Under the pieces are notes generated by a model, which had not been told where the DNA came from, did no database searches, and was given only the letters and a program-made list of their open reading frames with translations. Source: Eledone cirrhosa (taxonomy: Eukaryota). Taken from it: a stretch of DNA of 60,746 bases. The DNA lies in assembly GCA_964016885.1 (NCBI GenBank), contig CAXHJY010000060.1:1-60746 (forward strand). The letters run 5' to 3'. The position numbers and the translations under genes were made by a program. Positions within the stretch are counted from its first letter, which is position 1, and each line of letters begins with the position of its first letter. Positions 1-14,566 of this stretch are shown piece by piece.

Positions 1-2959
<2,959 letters not shown>

Positions 2960-3430
2960 TCACACACACACGCATTAACATCCATTTAGAAACTTAGACA
3001 CACAGAGACACTTACACCATTGCCGCACATATGCAACTACGCACCCTACACGAACCCACATCACCTCATATCATGCATCCCCTTCTTTTAACCACAGAAA
3101 CACTTGCACATCTACACATACACCCACATTTTACCCCAAAACGACTCCAGAATTGACACGATCTCATCTCATCCCATCCGCCCCTCCATCCATCCACACA
3201 CATACATACACACCTATACCCATACAGGGATTATACACGTACAGACATACACTCCACCCCAACACAGACAATGATTTTTCAAAACCCACATTCACATACT
3301 CTCGCTTCCTTCCAGACTCACTTACATCCAGACATACACCCACACACTTGCATCTACACATATACACACACCTTACCTTCCGCCATTCCGACTCGGACTC
3401 TAAATTTATTGCTTTCCCCCTCCCCAAAAG

Positions 3431-3532
3431 AGGTCGATAAAATAAAGTACCAGCAACGCACTGGGGTCGATTTAATCGACTTTATCCTTCTCTTCAAATA
3501 GCTGACCATGTACCAAAAATAGAAGCAATTAT
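3431..3532 (+). mobile_element. 3' part of tRNA-derived SINE (family A)
   Basis: aggtcgataaaataaagtaccag...ggggtcgatttaatcgac...agaagcaattat matches the core and tail repeated many times in the window. Confidence 0.8.
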
Positions 3533-3540
3533 ATACTGAC

Positions 3541-3691
3541 CTGTCTTCTTGCTTTTAAAGTTTCTGCTGCGTGGAAATTCCGGCGAGGACGTTGGTGTGA
3601 TGAGCGACTTATTGATGTGTGCACTGAACCGGAAGGGTTGAGAGAAATTCTTTTGGATTCCACATCTTCACTGACTGTATTACTAGAACCG
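3541..3691 (-). CDS. Internal exon of class A GPCR: intracellular loop 3 up to the start of TM6
   Basis: Acceptor tatcttctatttcctatAG|C GGT, donor CAG|GTcagt; 151 nt (1+150) fits the phase-2 end of exon 14346-14566. Encodes (C)GSSNTVSEDVESKRISLNPSGSVHTSISRSSHQRPRRNFHAAETLKARRQ, with the basic ARRQ(V) motif typical just before TM6. Confidence 0.8.
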
Positions 3692-4377
3692 CTATAGGAA
3701 ATAGAAGATATCTGTTCATTACGATAAGGATATACGATAATATAGTTGAGCACATGAAAACATTTCTAATATTTACAATATTAAAGAAAAAGAAAAAAAC
3801 AATATTTGTTGACGATTAATTTTATTTTCATTCAGCAATTCAGGGAGGTGATTTCAGACGTTTCATTTTTATCGGAAATATATCACCTTATATCACTAAG
3901 TAGATATATAGAAATTTATATTTGTTGCTGTAAAGAAAACAGACAGGGGAAATTACGTTCAGTGATTGAAATAGTAAGAAAAGTTAGGTAAAGACAAAAC
4001 ACTATTGTAGTTTATTTGAACAAATTCTAGAATATTTGAAGTTTTATCAATTTAAGTATAGAAATAAGGAAATGAAATTCGTTCATTGATGGAAAAATGC
4101 AGAGAAAAAAAATCGATTTCAATATATTCCTTTTACCAAGGGAATTTTGAAATGAAATATTTGAAATGAAACAAACGATATATAACATTAAAATTGTTAT
4201 GTCATGCGCAGAGTTGCACCTCATGCTGTGGTCGTTTAGAATGTGATAATAATATCGTTATGCGTCTCTGCAAATGTCATAACAATCTTGGTAGTGTTTA
4301 TTGATATATCATCATAATGATAATCATCATCATCGATATGACATCATTACCACATCGCCATTATCACCACCATTTGG

Positions 4378-4845
4378 ACGCCATGCTTTCTAGCATAGTT
4401 ATGTCCCTTTGCAGTCTGAGTTCAAATCCCGCCGAGGTTAACTTTGCCTTTTATCCTTACGGGGTCGATAAAATAAAGTACCAGTAAGGTACTGGGTAAT
4501 TGCTGGCCTTGTGCCTAAAGTAGAAACAATTATTATTATCACACCATTGAGAATCTTTAGAGCGTTGAATAAAATATCTTGGTGGTATTTAGTTACGGTT
4601 CTTTACGTTATAAGTTCAAATCCTGCCTGATGAAATTAAGTACCAGTAAAGTATTAGAACCAATTTAATCGACGTTCCACTCCACTGGCCTTGTGTCTAA
4701 GAAACAATTTTACCCTTATCTGAGTATAAATCCCGCAAAGGTCAACTTTGTCTTTCATACTTCCGTGGGCGATAAAATACTGGAGTCGATATAATCGACC
4801 TTCTCCTAAATTGCTATCCCTGTGCCTAAATTAGAAATAATTATC
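4378..4845 (+). mobile_element. Three tandem SINE family A copies
   Basis: B-box-like gagttcaaatcccgcc, core gtcaactttgccttt(c/t)atcctt..ggggtcgataaaataaagtaccag (resembles the Meta/MESC SINE core), tail gctggccttgtgcctaaa..agaaacaattattat. Confidence 0.85.
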
Positions 4846-5295
4846 AATCACATCATCACCTTCAATATTAACAGAGGAGTATTGAAGTGTGGGCATCTAT
4901 ACACATTTCTGTCCATAATTGTTTCTGGTAAATTTTGATAAACTTCCGCTGGCTGTACTTACGTTCGTGGGAAATCGAGGAATAGCTACCGGTAATATTT
5001 TTAACATACTTCAGTAGACTATACTCCGTCCCAGAGATGTATGATCTCACGCCACTGTGAGAAATCATCATCATCAGAGCCACCATCACCACTACCACCA
5101 CCACCACCAAAAATTAATCTACAACAACAAATAATAACAAGAACGAGAACAAGGAGAGAACCATATTCAGAATATATTCACAATGACAAGATAAAAACAA
5201 ATAGGATTGCAGTATAACATTGAAAATGGTATGTCAAGAACAAGGAGAAGAACGGAATACCGAAAACAGAACAAGAATATAATTGCTAGAATATA

Positions 5296-5510
5296 ATTGT
5301 TTCTACATTTGGCACAAGACTAACAATTTGATAGGAAGAGAAAATTCGATTAAATCGACTCCAGTGCGTTACTGATACTTTATTTTATCAACCCCGTCAG
5401 GATGAAAGGCAAAGTAACATCGGTGCGATTTGAACACAGAACGTAAAAGGCTACAACTATATGCCACAAAGCATGTTGTCCGACGCTCGACCTGCCAATC
5501 AACCGCTCTA
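5296..5510 (-). mobile_element. SINE family A, full length, with target-site duplication
   Basis: Reverse-complement core; flanking direct repeat gctagaatataattg at 5285-5299 and 5511-5525. Confidence 0.88.
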
Positions 5511-6046
5511 GCTAGAATATAATTGGAATAGCGGAATTAACATGGATAAGAATTCTAAGAGAATAAAAATAGAATGGAAACATCTAAAGATGAAATAGGA
5601 AGAAATAAAAACGTGGGAATGGAAACCAAACAGCGAACAGCAACAACAGAAGCAGCAAATATAGAAGCCACCATGATCGGATATTGGTAAGAAGATCCTT
5701 TTGTTATACCCATTTAAATGTCGAATTATTGACAAGAACCGTAGCAGGCAGTATACGTACATCATACATTCACATGACGCCTACTATAAGAAGTAGTTAA
5801 GAGAATTTAAATTGAAAAATAAGTGCCAAAAGAAGCAGTTATCAGCTTTTATTCAACATATCACGTCTATCGCGACATTTAGGTGTCTCGATAAAAATAT
5901 AAAAAAAACTACCAAGCTTTAAATGCTTATATTTGGGAGATAATTATAAGTTCATACATATTCTTTTTGGAGTTATGTTTTTTTCTTTTCGTAACCACAC
6001 AACATGCTGTTTCAAATATACTAAGTATTTTTTCCCAAAGTTGAAT

Positions 6047-6233
6047 AATTGTTTCTACTTTAGGCACAAGGCCAACAATTACCCAGTGCATTACTGGTAC
6101 TTTATTTTTATCGACCCCGTAAGGATGAAAGGCAAAGTCAACCTCGGCGGGATTTGAACTCAGATCGTAAAGCGCCGTAACTATGCTGGAAAGCATGGCG
6201 TCCGACCCTCTACCGATACTGCCAATCCACCGA
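6047..6233 (-). mobile_element. SINE family A (young subfamily) with target-site duplication
   Basis: Flanking direct repeat ccaaagttgaataat at 6035-6049 and 6234-6248; close to copies at 4378, 38098 and 48586. Confidence 0.9.
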
Positions 6234-6887
6234 CCAAAGTTGAATAATGTCAATGTATTTCTTTAGGTAAAACTACCACTCTAAAAATTTATTGAATAAA
6301 TCACATATGCAATATGTGAGGTTTTACTATCCCAGATCGGAAAGAACATAACTTTGATTGATGTTTTGCTGGAGTTCTACAACTCTTAACTGTTAACAGA
6401 TTATTGACCATATATAATTTAAAATTTATTCTATTTTTGCCCTTCAACAATTTTTTAGAGCATGTGAGCATTGGCTGAGTTGTGTGAGAACAAATTTAAC
6501 TTTTAGTTCTTGTAAGTATATCCCCAATCAATTTCTAAAGATGGGTATGTTGTATTACTGTTCCAAACTTGTGTTGGGGTGTGTGTACATGTACAAAGTT
6601 CAAGCAACTTTACACACAATCATTATAGATTACTCTTCAAAACACTATGTGATAGATTAACAAAACTTTAGCCACTGCCACACTACATTCACTACTATAC
6701 TGATTTGTTTTATTACTTCATTCTTTTTACTTTAATACATTTCTGCTATTTTGAAAAAAGCAAGATGTATACTATTGTCAGATAAGCATATCTTTAGATC
6801 ATTTCTAATCTACCGTGTTTAAATTCATTCCTCTAAAGCAACATCCACCAGTCTTTGGTTAATAACAATTACATGTAAAGTATCATT

Positions 6888-7216
6888 GTGGGGGCAATTG
6901 GCAGAGTGGTTAGAATGGAGGAAAGAATGTTTTGCGGTATTCCTTCCAAATCTCTGGGCTCTCTGAGTTTAAATTCTGCCGATATCAACTTTGCCTTTCC
7001 TCCATTTCCATTCAAGGCCGGTAAAAAAATGTACCAGACAGGTACTGAAGTCAATTCTACTTCTCTAACTATTTTCACTTTCTCTCTATCACCCACATTC
7101 TTTAGAAAAAATCGGCTGTTCAGAACTGGGGAGAGATGGGCTCCGCCAAGTGTAAAATGCTCAATAAACGCCGTATGTCACAACAACGTTACCAGGAGTT
7201 ACGGTTACATACATAC
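6888..7216 (+). mobile_element. SINE family A variant with an alternative 3' tail ending in (TACA)n
   Basis: SINE head and core followed by ggagagatgggctccgccaagtgtaaaatg...tacatacatac, homologous to 29780-29912. Confidence 0.7.
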
Positions 7217-8219
7217 GATATCATCATGTCAGGTTGCACCGAATGCTATTGGTATCATGCAATCCAGGAAGAAATGTTATATAGTCGGATCATAGGTGAT
7301 TCAATGGCAACCTCACCAGGTTAACCTGGTAAGAAGGGCTGCTACAAGCAAAAAACTACTGCAAAAAACTGCTGCTGTTGTTGTCTTTAATATTATAGCT
7401 TCCTAACTAGTTGTTATGGCCAGTTGAATGATATGTTTATTTCGCTAAGCTCTGTTTCTCGTTCCACTTGAGAATCTCTTATGACTGAGTGTTTCTTCAA
7501 TTATGTCCACCTTCATATTATTTATCACATTTACGACTCTTCCCTCATGCGTCGACATCGTATTCACTTGAAGAACAGAAAACTAATAAAGTTACGTCCG
7601 TGTATGCCTTAGCTTGTTTTGTTTTCGTCTGTGATTGTGTGCATACTTTGTTTGGGAGGTTACTCATTATGGACGTCTTGATGGGAGGTTATAACAGCTT
7701 CTGTTTTTTCTTTGAATGCTGTTGCTGCTGTTCTTGTTACTTTGAATGTGACTTATGCTGTACTCTTGAAATGCTGAAAGCAGCGGGTAGTACTACTTGC
7801 CGTCGTTTAATCTCCCTTTTGTCTACTGTGAAAGTAGAAAGTTCTAAGAGGTTTAGCATTTAGCTTTTCTGCTCAAGCCCACTATTTGCATGTGCTTGGA
7901 CTCGTTGAAGCAAAGCATTAGCGATCGTCGTCACAGGTTAAACTTATACCTAGAAGTTGTGGACGTTCCAATCCGACTTTTGTTTGGATTGAGTTACAGT
8001 CTCATGAGATTTCGGTATTCGTCGACATTGGCCTCATTTAGCGTAGCATCATCACATATTTTGATTTCCCAGAGACGATGATGAAAAGGAGAATAAGAAA
8101 AGAAACAAGAAAGAAAAAAAAGAAAAAAGAAAAAAAAGTAAAATAGAAGAAAAAGAAAAGAAAGAAAAGGAAAAGAAAAAAGAACAACAGCAACAGTAAT
8201 AATTTTTTTTTTTAAAGTA

Positions 8220-8597
8220 ATAATTGTTTCTACTTTTGGCACAAGGCCAGCAATTATTCCAGTGAATTACTGGTACTTTATTTTATCGACCCCGTAAGGA
8301 TGAAAAGCAAAGTTAACCTCGGCGGGATTTGAAGTAATAATAATGGCTTTTCATAAAGAAAAAATAAAACATGAAATACGGCCAAGTTCTTCCAGGGGAG
8401 AAATAGCTTAGAGAGAAAGTAAGAGATATATATGAAAAATCGACACTAGTACTGGGTTGGTAATTTCTTTTTTATCAACCTCGAATCGAGGAAAGGCAAG
8501 ATAACCTTGGTGAGATTTGAACTCAGAGTGCAGAGAGCCGTAACGAATACTATAAAACATGCTATCTCACGTTATAGCAACCCTGCCAATTCGCTGC
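8220..8597 (-). mobile_element. Two SINE family A copies
   Basis: Reverse-complement cores at about 8220-8335 and 8440-8597. Confidence 0.8.
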
Positions 8598-8779
8598 ATC
8601 AAAGCATCTATAAGTGAGAACATTGAATTGGACGCAGACACGGAAACTTGAGTGTTAGATAATAAGTCATTGAAATACTTAGGGCTAGATGAAAAACTGA
8701 TAAAATACGACACAGAAATAAAGGTAAATACATAGAATTACCACAGAAGAGTTAGATTAATATTAGAAATACGGTAGAA

Positions 8780-8940
8780 GGGTAATGGGTTGACAGAATT
8801 GGCAGAGTCATGGATAAATTACCACTGTAGTATTTGTTCTGGCTCTTTTTATTCTGAGTTCAGGTCCCGCCGAAATCTACTTCATCTTTCCCCCTTCCGG
8901 GGTCGTTAAAATAAAGTACCAGTCAAGTATTGAGGTTGAT
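8780..8940 (+). mobile_element. SINE family A
   Basis: ctgagttcaggtcccgccga...ccttccggggtcgttaaaataaagtaccagtc. Confidence 0.75.
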
Positions 8941-9139
8941 AAATACACTAACCATCCCAGTTATAAACAAATGATTCAATGTAATAAACAGAAAGTTGTG
9001 TGTACTTAAGAGTTTAGATAGAAAAACACGAAATCTATTGACAGTGTTTCGAAACGATCAGCCCACAAAGCTGATATAGAGGACAAGGTCTGATAGAAAT
9101 ACAAAGTTACTACAAAATAATGTTACAATGCCAACGATA

Positions 9140-9460
9140 GTGAGGGAAGAGGTAGTCGATTAAATCAAGTAGTGTATGACTAGAACTTTATTTCATCGAC
9201 CCTGGAAGAATGAAAGTCAAAGTTGACCTCGAAAGAATTTTAACTCTGAACGTAGGCGTTGAATGCATTTTATCCGACGCTCTATCAATTCTGCCAATCC
9301 ATCACCTTCGAATCTACTAGAAAATAAGATTCTAATTTAGGCTCAAGGCCAGCAATTTGGTGTGGATAGGTTGACGGAGGAAGTAGATTAAATCAACTGC
9401 AGTACTTGACTCGTATTTATTTTATCGATCTCGGAAGTATGAAAAGCAAAGTTGACCTTG
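9140..9460 (-). mobile_element. Two SINE family A copies; the second is interrupted by a LINE and resumes at 10372-10430
   Basis: SINE sequence breaks at gttgaccttg (9451-9460) and continues as gttgaccttggcgggatttgaactctg at 10372. Confidence 0.8.
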
Positions 9461-10371
9461 TACTTGTACTTGTGTCGACATTCACCCTGGACGAGTTAGC
9501 CGGCTTCTTCCCTTGTCCTGACGGCATCCCGAACCATGGCACCCCACGCACGACGGTCTCGGGATAGGTCACTGGAGATAGCGAGCCAGTCAGGGTTCCA
9601 TCGGCGCAGGCCGACCACCTGCGGATCTGAGAGTTCGGAGAGGTCCTCCTTGATCGTCGTTGCCCAGGTCTTCAGCTGCCCGCCAATGCTCTTGCGCCAG
9701 TTAGGGAGTGGAGGTGGGAGGAGAACATCGCGGATCAGCTCACCCTCAGGGCACCGGGCTGCGTGACCAAACCATCTCAAGCGCTGTTGCAGAAGCACTG
9801 AAGGAAGGGGTCGAAGATTCAGGCGAAGACGAAGACTGGTGGTAGGCACCCGATCAACGCGTCGGCAGCGAAGAATGCGGCGGAGACAGTCATTGTCGAA
9901 GACCTCCAGCCCTCGTTGATCGACTACCCTCATAGGCCATGTTTCACAGCCATAAAGGAGGATAGGGCGAACGACGGCCTGGTAGATTCAGCCTTTGGTC
10001 GTCGAGGTGATCTCTCTTCTGTCCCACAGACACCGCTGGAGGCGCCCTATGCGATGCTTGACCTTGGCTGCGCCCTGTCCCGTTGGAACCACCGTTGAGC
10101 CCAGGTAAACGAAAGACTCCACATCCTCCAGGTCCACGCCCTCGAGAGATATTGGCTGCAAGGCATCAGGTGAGACCAGTGACGTCATGACCTTCGACCT
10201 GGCGGCATTGATTCGTAGACCAAAAGCGGCGGCTGCAGTGTGCACTCTTTCGAGAGCACCTTGTACATCTGTCCCGTTAGTGCCCATCAGCACGATGTCA
10301 TCCGCGTAGGCCAGGTCCGTCACTATTACCCCTCTCCCGCCCTCCACGCCCGGGTCTTCCCGGAACGCTGT
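9461..10371 (-). mobile_element. 5'-truncated RTE-clade LINE (C-terminal half of RT)
   Basis: ORFs with DLAYADDIVL, FVYLGS and RLRWFGHAAR; (CAAGTA)n 3' tail at 9457-9472; 10-bp TSD gttgaccttg. Confidence 0.92.
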
Positions 10372-10844
10372 GTTGACCTTGGCGGGATTTGAACTCTGAA
10401 CATAAATATCCCGTAAAAATACCTTTTGACACACAGTTTGCGTTGTGCATTTTTAACATGACGAAGGCCAACCCTCTTCAGGTTATAACACAGCAGAATT
10501 CTCTCAGAAAGAAAAAGAGAGCGAAAAGGTGGAAGTGAGAAAAAGAAACGAACGTAGAAAGTGAGAAACAGGAAAAAAATCCTCTGAATCCACCACTCGT
10601 GAATCTACTGCAAAATAATAACAGTGAGTGAAGAGAAAATAAAGGAAAGTAACTTGTGTAATAAAATTGGAAAAAAAAAACTATTTTTATATGTGAGGAA
10701 ATGAAGTAAAAACTGATGTAGAAACACCAAAAACATTTTAGAAGAAAGAAAATGTTTAAAATTCAAAATTAAAATGGAATTTCAAACACTCTGAAGATTA
10801 AATCGAGAGAAAGTCAATGCATAAACAATAATCGAATGAGTAAC

Positions 10845-10962
10845 GAAGTAAGCCAGTATGAAAGGAAGTAAGACAGTATGAAAGGAAGTAAGACAGTATG
10901 AAAGGAAGTAAGCCAGTATGAAGGGAAGTAAGCCAGTATGAAAGGAAGTAAGACAGTATGAA
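10845..10962. repeat. 20-bp minisatellite (agtatgaaaggaagtaag[a/c]c, about 6 copies)
   Basis: Directly visible tandem units. Confidence 0.92.
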
Positions 10963-11087
10963 AAGAGGTATGGTAAAGGGCCCTAAAATATTGATGGAGC
11001 CGTACTGATACCGTTATAACACACGGCATGCATTCGGCACTTTTAATATGGTGGAGCTCAACATTTTTCATGTCGGAACATGTGGAA

Positions 11088-11720
11088 AGGGTGGTGGGTT
11101 GGCAATATCCATAAAGTATTCGACAAACATGCTTTGTGGCATACAGTTACATCTCTTTAGGTTTTGAGTTCAAATGCGCTGAAGTTTGCTTTGCCTTTTA
11201 TCCTTACAGGGTTGATAAAATAAAGTGCTAGTAACGCACTAGGGTCGATTTAATCAACTTTCCCCTCCCCAAAATTGTTGGGTGTGTGTGCCTAAATCAC
11301 TAACCATCGTACTAAGTGCATTGCATCATTTGTTCTGGTTTTTACATTCTGAGTTCAAAATCTGTCAAGATCAACGGTGCCTTTTATTCGTCCAGGCTCG
11401 ATAAAATAATGACCCAGTCAAGTACAGGGGTTGATGTAATCAACTCCCCATCTCCACCACCGCCGAAATTGCTGACCTTGTTCCAAAATTAAAAACCATT
11501 AACATAACGTTGGATCGGTAGTGTCGGTAGACCGCCAGACAAAATGTATTGCAGTATTTAATTATGACTTAATTATGTTCCGATTTCAAACTCCGCCGGG
11601 GTCAACTTTGCCTCTTATCCTTCCAATGTCAATAAAATAAAGTACCAGTCAACTACTGGGGTCGATTTAATAGAGTCTCCCTAAAGTATTTTTGGCCTTA
11701 AGCCAATGTTCGGAAGAATA
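11088..11720 (+). mobile_element. Three tandem, older SINE family A copies
   Basis: Three successive B-box plus core matches near 11165, 11350 and 11582. Confidence 0.8.
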
Positions 11721-12064
11721 GATATAGCAATAAAAAACCTCGTACGACAGTTGGAAGTTGTAAAGAACACTGGCTATTTTATAAAATTATAACATTGATT
11801 GCTTTTGAAAAAATCTTATAAATATTGATTTTTGTAGCAAAATATTGAAATTTAATTAAACATTACTGTTTTTGTTTACTCCATGTTAACACATCGCTGC
11901 CAACATTGTATTATTTTATATGTTGTGTGAAATAATGAGTAGACAGCTTTAAATATTTATTTTTAATATTTCTTGGCTGTTAGATAAATTTAGTTACATT
12001 ATTTTATGAGGTGATGCAGTTTGTCTACCAACAACAATTAACAACATCGCTGTTATGTGATTGC

Positions 12065-12385
12065 TCGACGACACCGCCGTTACATCACCGTTACGTTACT
12101 AACGACATCGATGTTTCGTTTCTATCACCGTTACGTTCCTATCGCCGTTACGTCCTTAATGACGCCACGTTCCCGTCGCCGTTACGTTACTAACGACATC
12201 GACGTTTCGTTTATATCACCGTTACGTCCCTAACGACGTCGACGTTATGTTCCCGTCGCCTTTACGTTACTAACGATATCGACGTTACGATCACCGTTCC
12301 GTTACTAACGACATCGATGTTACGTTCCTATCACCGTTATATTACTAACGACATCGACGTCACGTTATTGACGACATCGATGTTA
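12065..12385. repeat. CpG-rich imperfect minisatellite (about 30-40 bp; ccgttacgttactaacgacatcgacgt...)
   Basis: About 8-9 degenerate units built from ccgttacg, taacgacatcga and gacgtc. Confidence 0.9.
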
Positions 12386-12660
12386 CTTTACTAACAACCT
12401 CACCTTTACCTGGTTGATCAACCTGCTGGAAATAGTTAAATCCTTTAGAGTATATAACAATGCCTGAGAAAAGGCAGGCCACATGAAATAATAGACATAA
12501 AAAAATATGAGATGGTCAATGCTTGTACCTCTTTGGAGATAATTACACCTAATCATGGCTAATGTTAGGGTAAACAACAACGATAAAACGTAGCATAAAT
12601 AACAATATATATATAGAATGGAAAACGAAAAATCAGTGATGCATCGGAACTCAATTTATT

Positions 12661-12748
12661 GTGTTACAATTGTTTCCCCGGCGAACAGTTCGAGGTGCGA
12701 TTTGTGTGTGGATCGACCTGACTCTAGACTCGCAGGTTCCTCGGACAC
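12661..12748 (-). ncRNA. Minimal type I hammerhead-like motif with a variant core (CCGAGGA...GAAA caattg TA)
   Basis: Minus strand: gtgt-CCGAGGA-a-cctgcgag..ttcgccgg-g-GAAA-caattg-TA-acac, then AATAAA, about 40 nt and (TA)n. Confidence 0.6.
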
Positions 12749-13031
12749 GTCTATTGATTTCGGAGCATATCCGCTCCGTATGAGCATAGAGTGCTCAACC
12801 GGCATACCACCTATGCAAGCATCTTAGCTACGATTATATATATATATATATGCATGTCACTCCAACCACTTCAATGAAGATATCTATAATACTCATATGT
12901 GTCCCAACCCCTTTAGAAACTTGTAATGCAGCAATCCCATGGAACCTCTGATTTTCTTTACAATATACTTTTTCAGGCAACAAAAGCTGGAAAAAATTAG
13001 TTTTACTGTGTTATGCTAAATTACATTAAAC

Positions 13032-13120
13032 ATACGGGTGTTTGTGGAATGCTCAGCCAATTGTCCGTTAATTTCATGAACAAGCTATCTCGTTGATCGC
13101 ATCAACAGGAGCACTTGTCG
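13032..13120 (+). mobile_element. Fragment of a second SINE family (family B)
   Basis: Reverse-complement homologue of 44495-44575 (gtggaatgctcagcca...cgttgatcgcatcaac). Confidence 0.65.
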
Positions 13121-14345
13121 AGTTGGTCTTATTTTCTATAATTACTAAATCATGTTTTGCTGTTGAATATTAGAAAAATGTTAATAATTGCAGAATGTGG
13201 AAGGTACAAAAGAGACACTCTATTCAACTCTTGTAATCTAATAACAAAAAACCAACCTATATCACAATTTTTCTTAGCAACTAACAAAATCGGTGCAAAA
13301 AACAGATGTTTAAATCAGAGAACACAGAAAAACTACTTGTAAAATAACAAAGCCTCAAGACTAGATGATAAGCGAGTAATCTCTAACAAGTAAGTGTTGC
13401 ATAACATTTCCGATTTTAATGGCAGTTACCATACTGCTTATGCCATAGTACAGCAGGTGAAAAGTATCATTGAAAGAATGAGGAAAGTTTTCAACTAAGT
13501 TTCGAGTGTTTGTGAAATGAAAATGAGATAAAAACATGCACACATTAACAATGCCACTCAAACAACATAACTTATCAAATATATATTCAGTAAATGGTAC
13601 ATTATTGCAAAAAATCTAACAGCACAACGCAAACATGCACATACACACGAAATCGAAGTGAAGGTTTTAGAATACGAACTATATAGAATGATATTCATTG
13701 TACACTGTAACGCATGATTCAATAACATTTATTATTTCCTACAGTGCCGGAGAATCATGTAATGAAAGTCAAAGTTGAGCAAATTGGTATTTAAGATTAG
13801 AACAGATGAAGAAAATACAGAAAATGTAATGTATCTAACAAATGTTTTATAATTTCCAAACATAGCATGATAAAAAAAAGTCGCGAGCATTGTCATCACT
13901 ACCCCCATAACCAGGGTGGTGATATTTAAAACATCAGGCGTTTACTTAGAGGGTATATAGACATTTTAGTAGATTAAAGCAAACTACTATGTAGAGACAC
14001 CAAATCTTTCAGTCGCTGTCAGAGTCTCTATCCCTCTCAGTCCACCCGTCTGTCTGTCTGTTTGTTTCAGTTTATCATTGTCTGTTCGTGTCCGCTAGTG
14101 TCAGTCTCAGGCTTTAGAAAATTCATAGTCAGCTGATATATGGCGTATAAAAACCACTTCTCTTCGAGTATCTTGCTCTGCAATTCCGATCGAATAAGTT
14201 GTTTTTCAGCTTTTCACGAAAACATGCGATATAAAATAAAATAAACGTTATATTTCGTTTGTTTTCGTGTTTCTCCCACACATGCCGCTCTGTCCTCAAT
14301 TTTCTATTAACTAGTAATATTGGAAAATATAGTTTAGTATCTTAC

Positions 14346-14566
14346 CAGTTTGGTGATGTCATGCTTTTCAGTTGCTTCGAGCTAAGCCAGAGAACATAAA
14401 TAACAAAGGCATAGCAAACGACCATAATTAGTGTGGGTGCCAGAAACATCACAGTCAGCTGATAAATGGCGTACGCAAGCCGCTTATCTTCCGGAATGGC
14501 GCTATCGTAGCAGTGTGAAAACGTCACCGTAGTTACGTTGTTGTGGTATTTTGTGACTTCAATATC
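14346..14566 (-). CDS. Internal exon of class A GPCR: ECL2, TM5, start of ICL3
   Basis: Acceptor ttttcttcacacAG|GAT, donor AAC TG|GTaag; 221 nt, phase 0 to 2. Encodes DIEVTKYHNNVTTVTFSHCYDSAIPEDKRLAYAIYQLTVMFLAPTLIMVVCYAFVIYVLWLSSKQLKSMTSPN, with the ECL2 Cys and TM5 FxxPxxxMxxCY motif. Confidence 0.93.

Noticed and set aside
4410-4440. tRNA-like B-box motifs here and in other SINE heads
   Set aside because: No cloverleaf; they are SINE promoters, not tRNA genes.
10425-10490. Minus-strand CTGAAGA...CAAA hammerhead-like remnant
   Set aside because: GAAA core and stem I are not intact; too degenerate to call.
10845-10962. Regular short repeats (also 12065-12385) as a possible CRISPR array
   Set aside because: No unique spacers, no cas genes, eukaryotic context; these are minisatellites.
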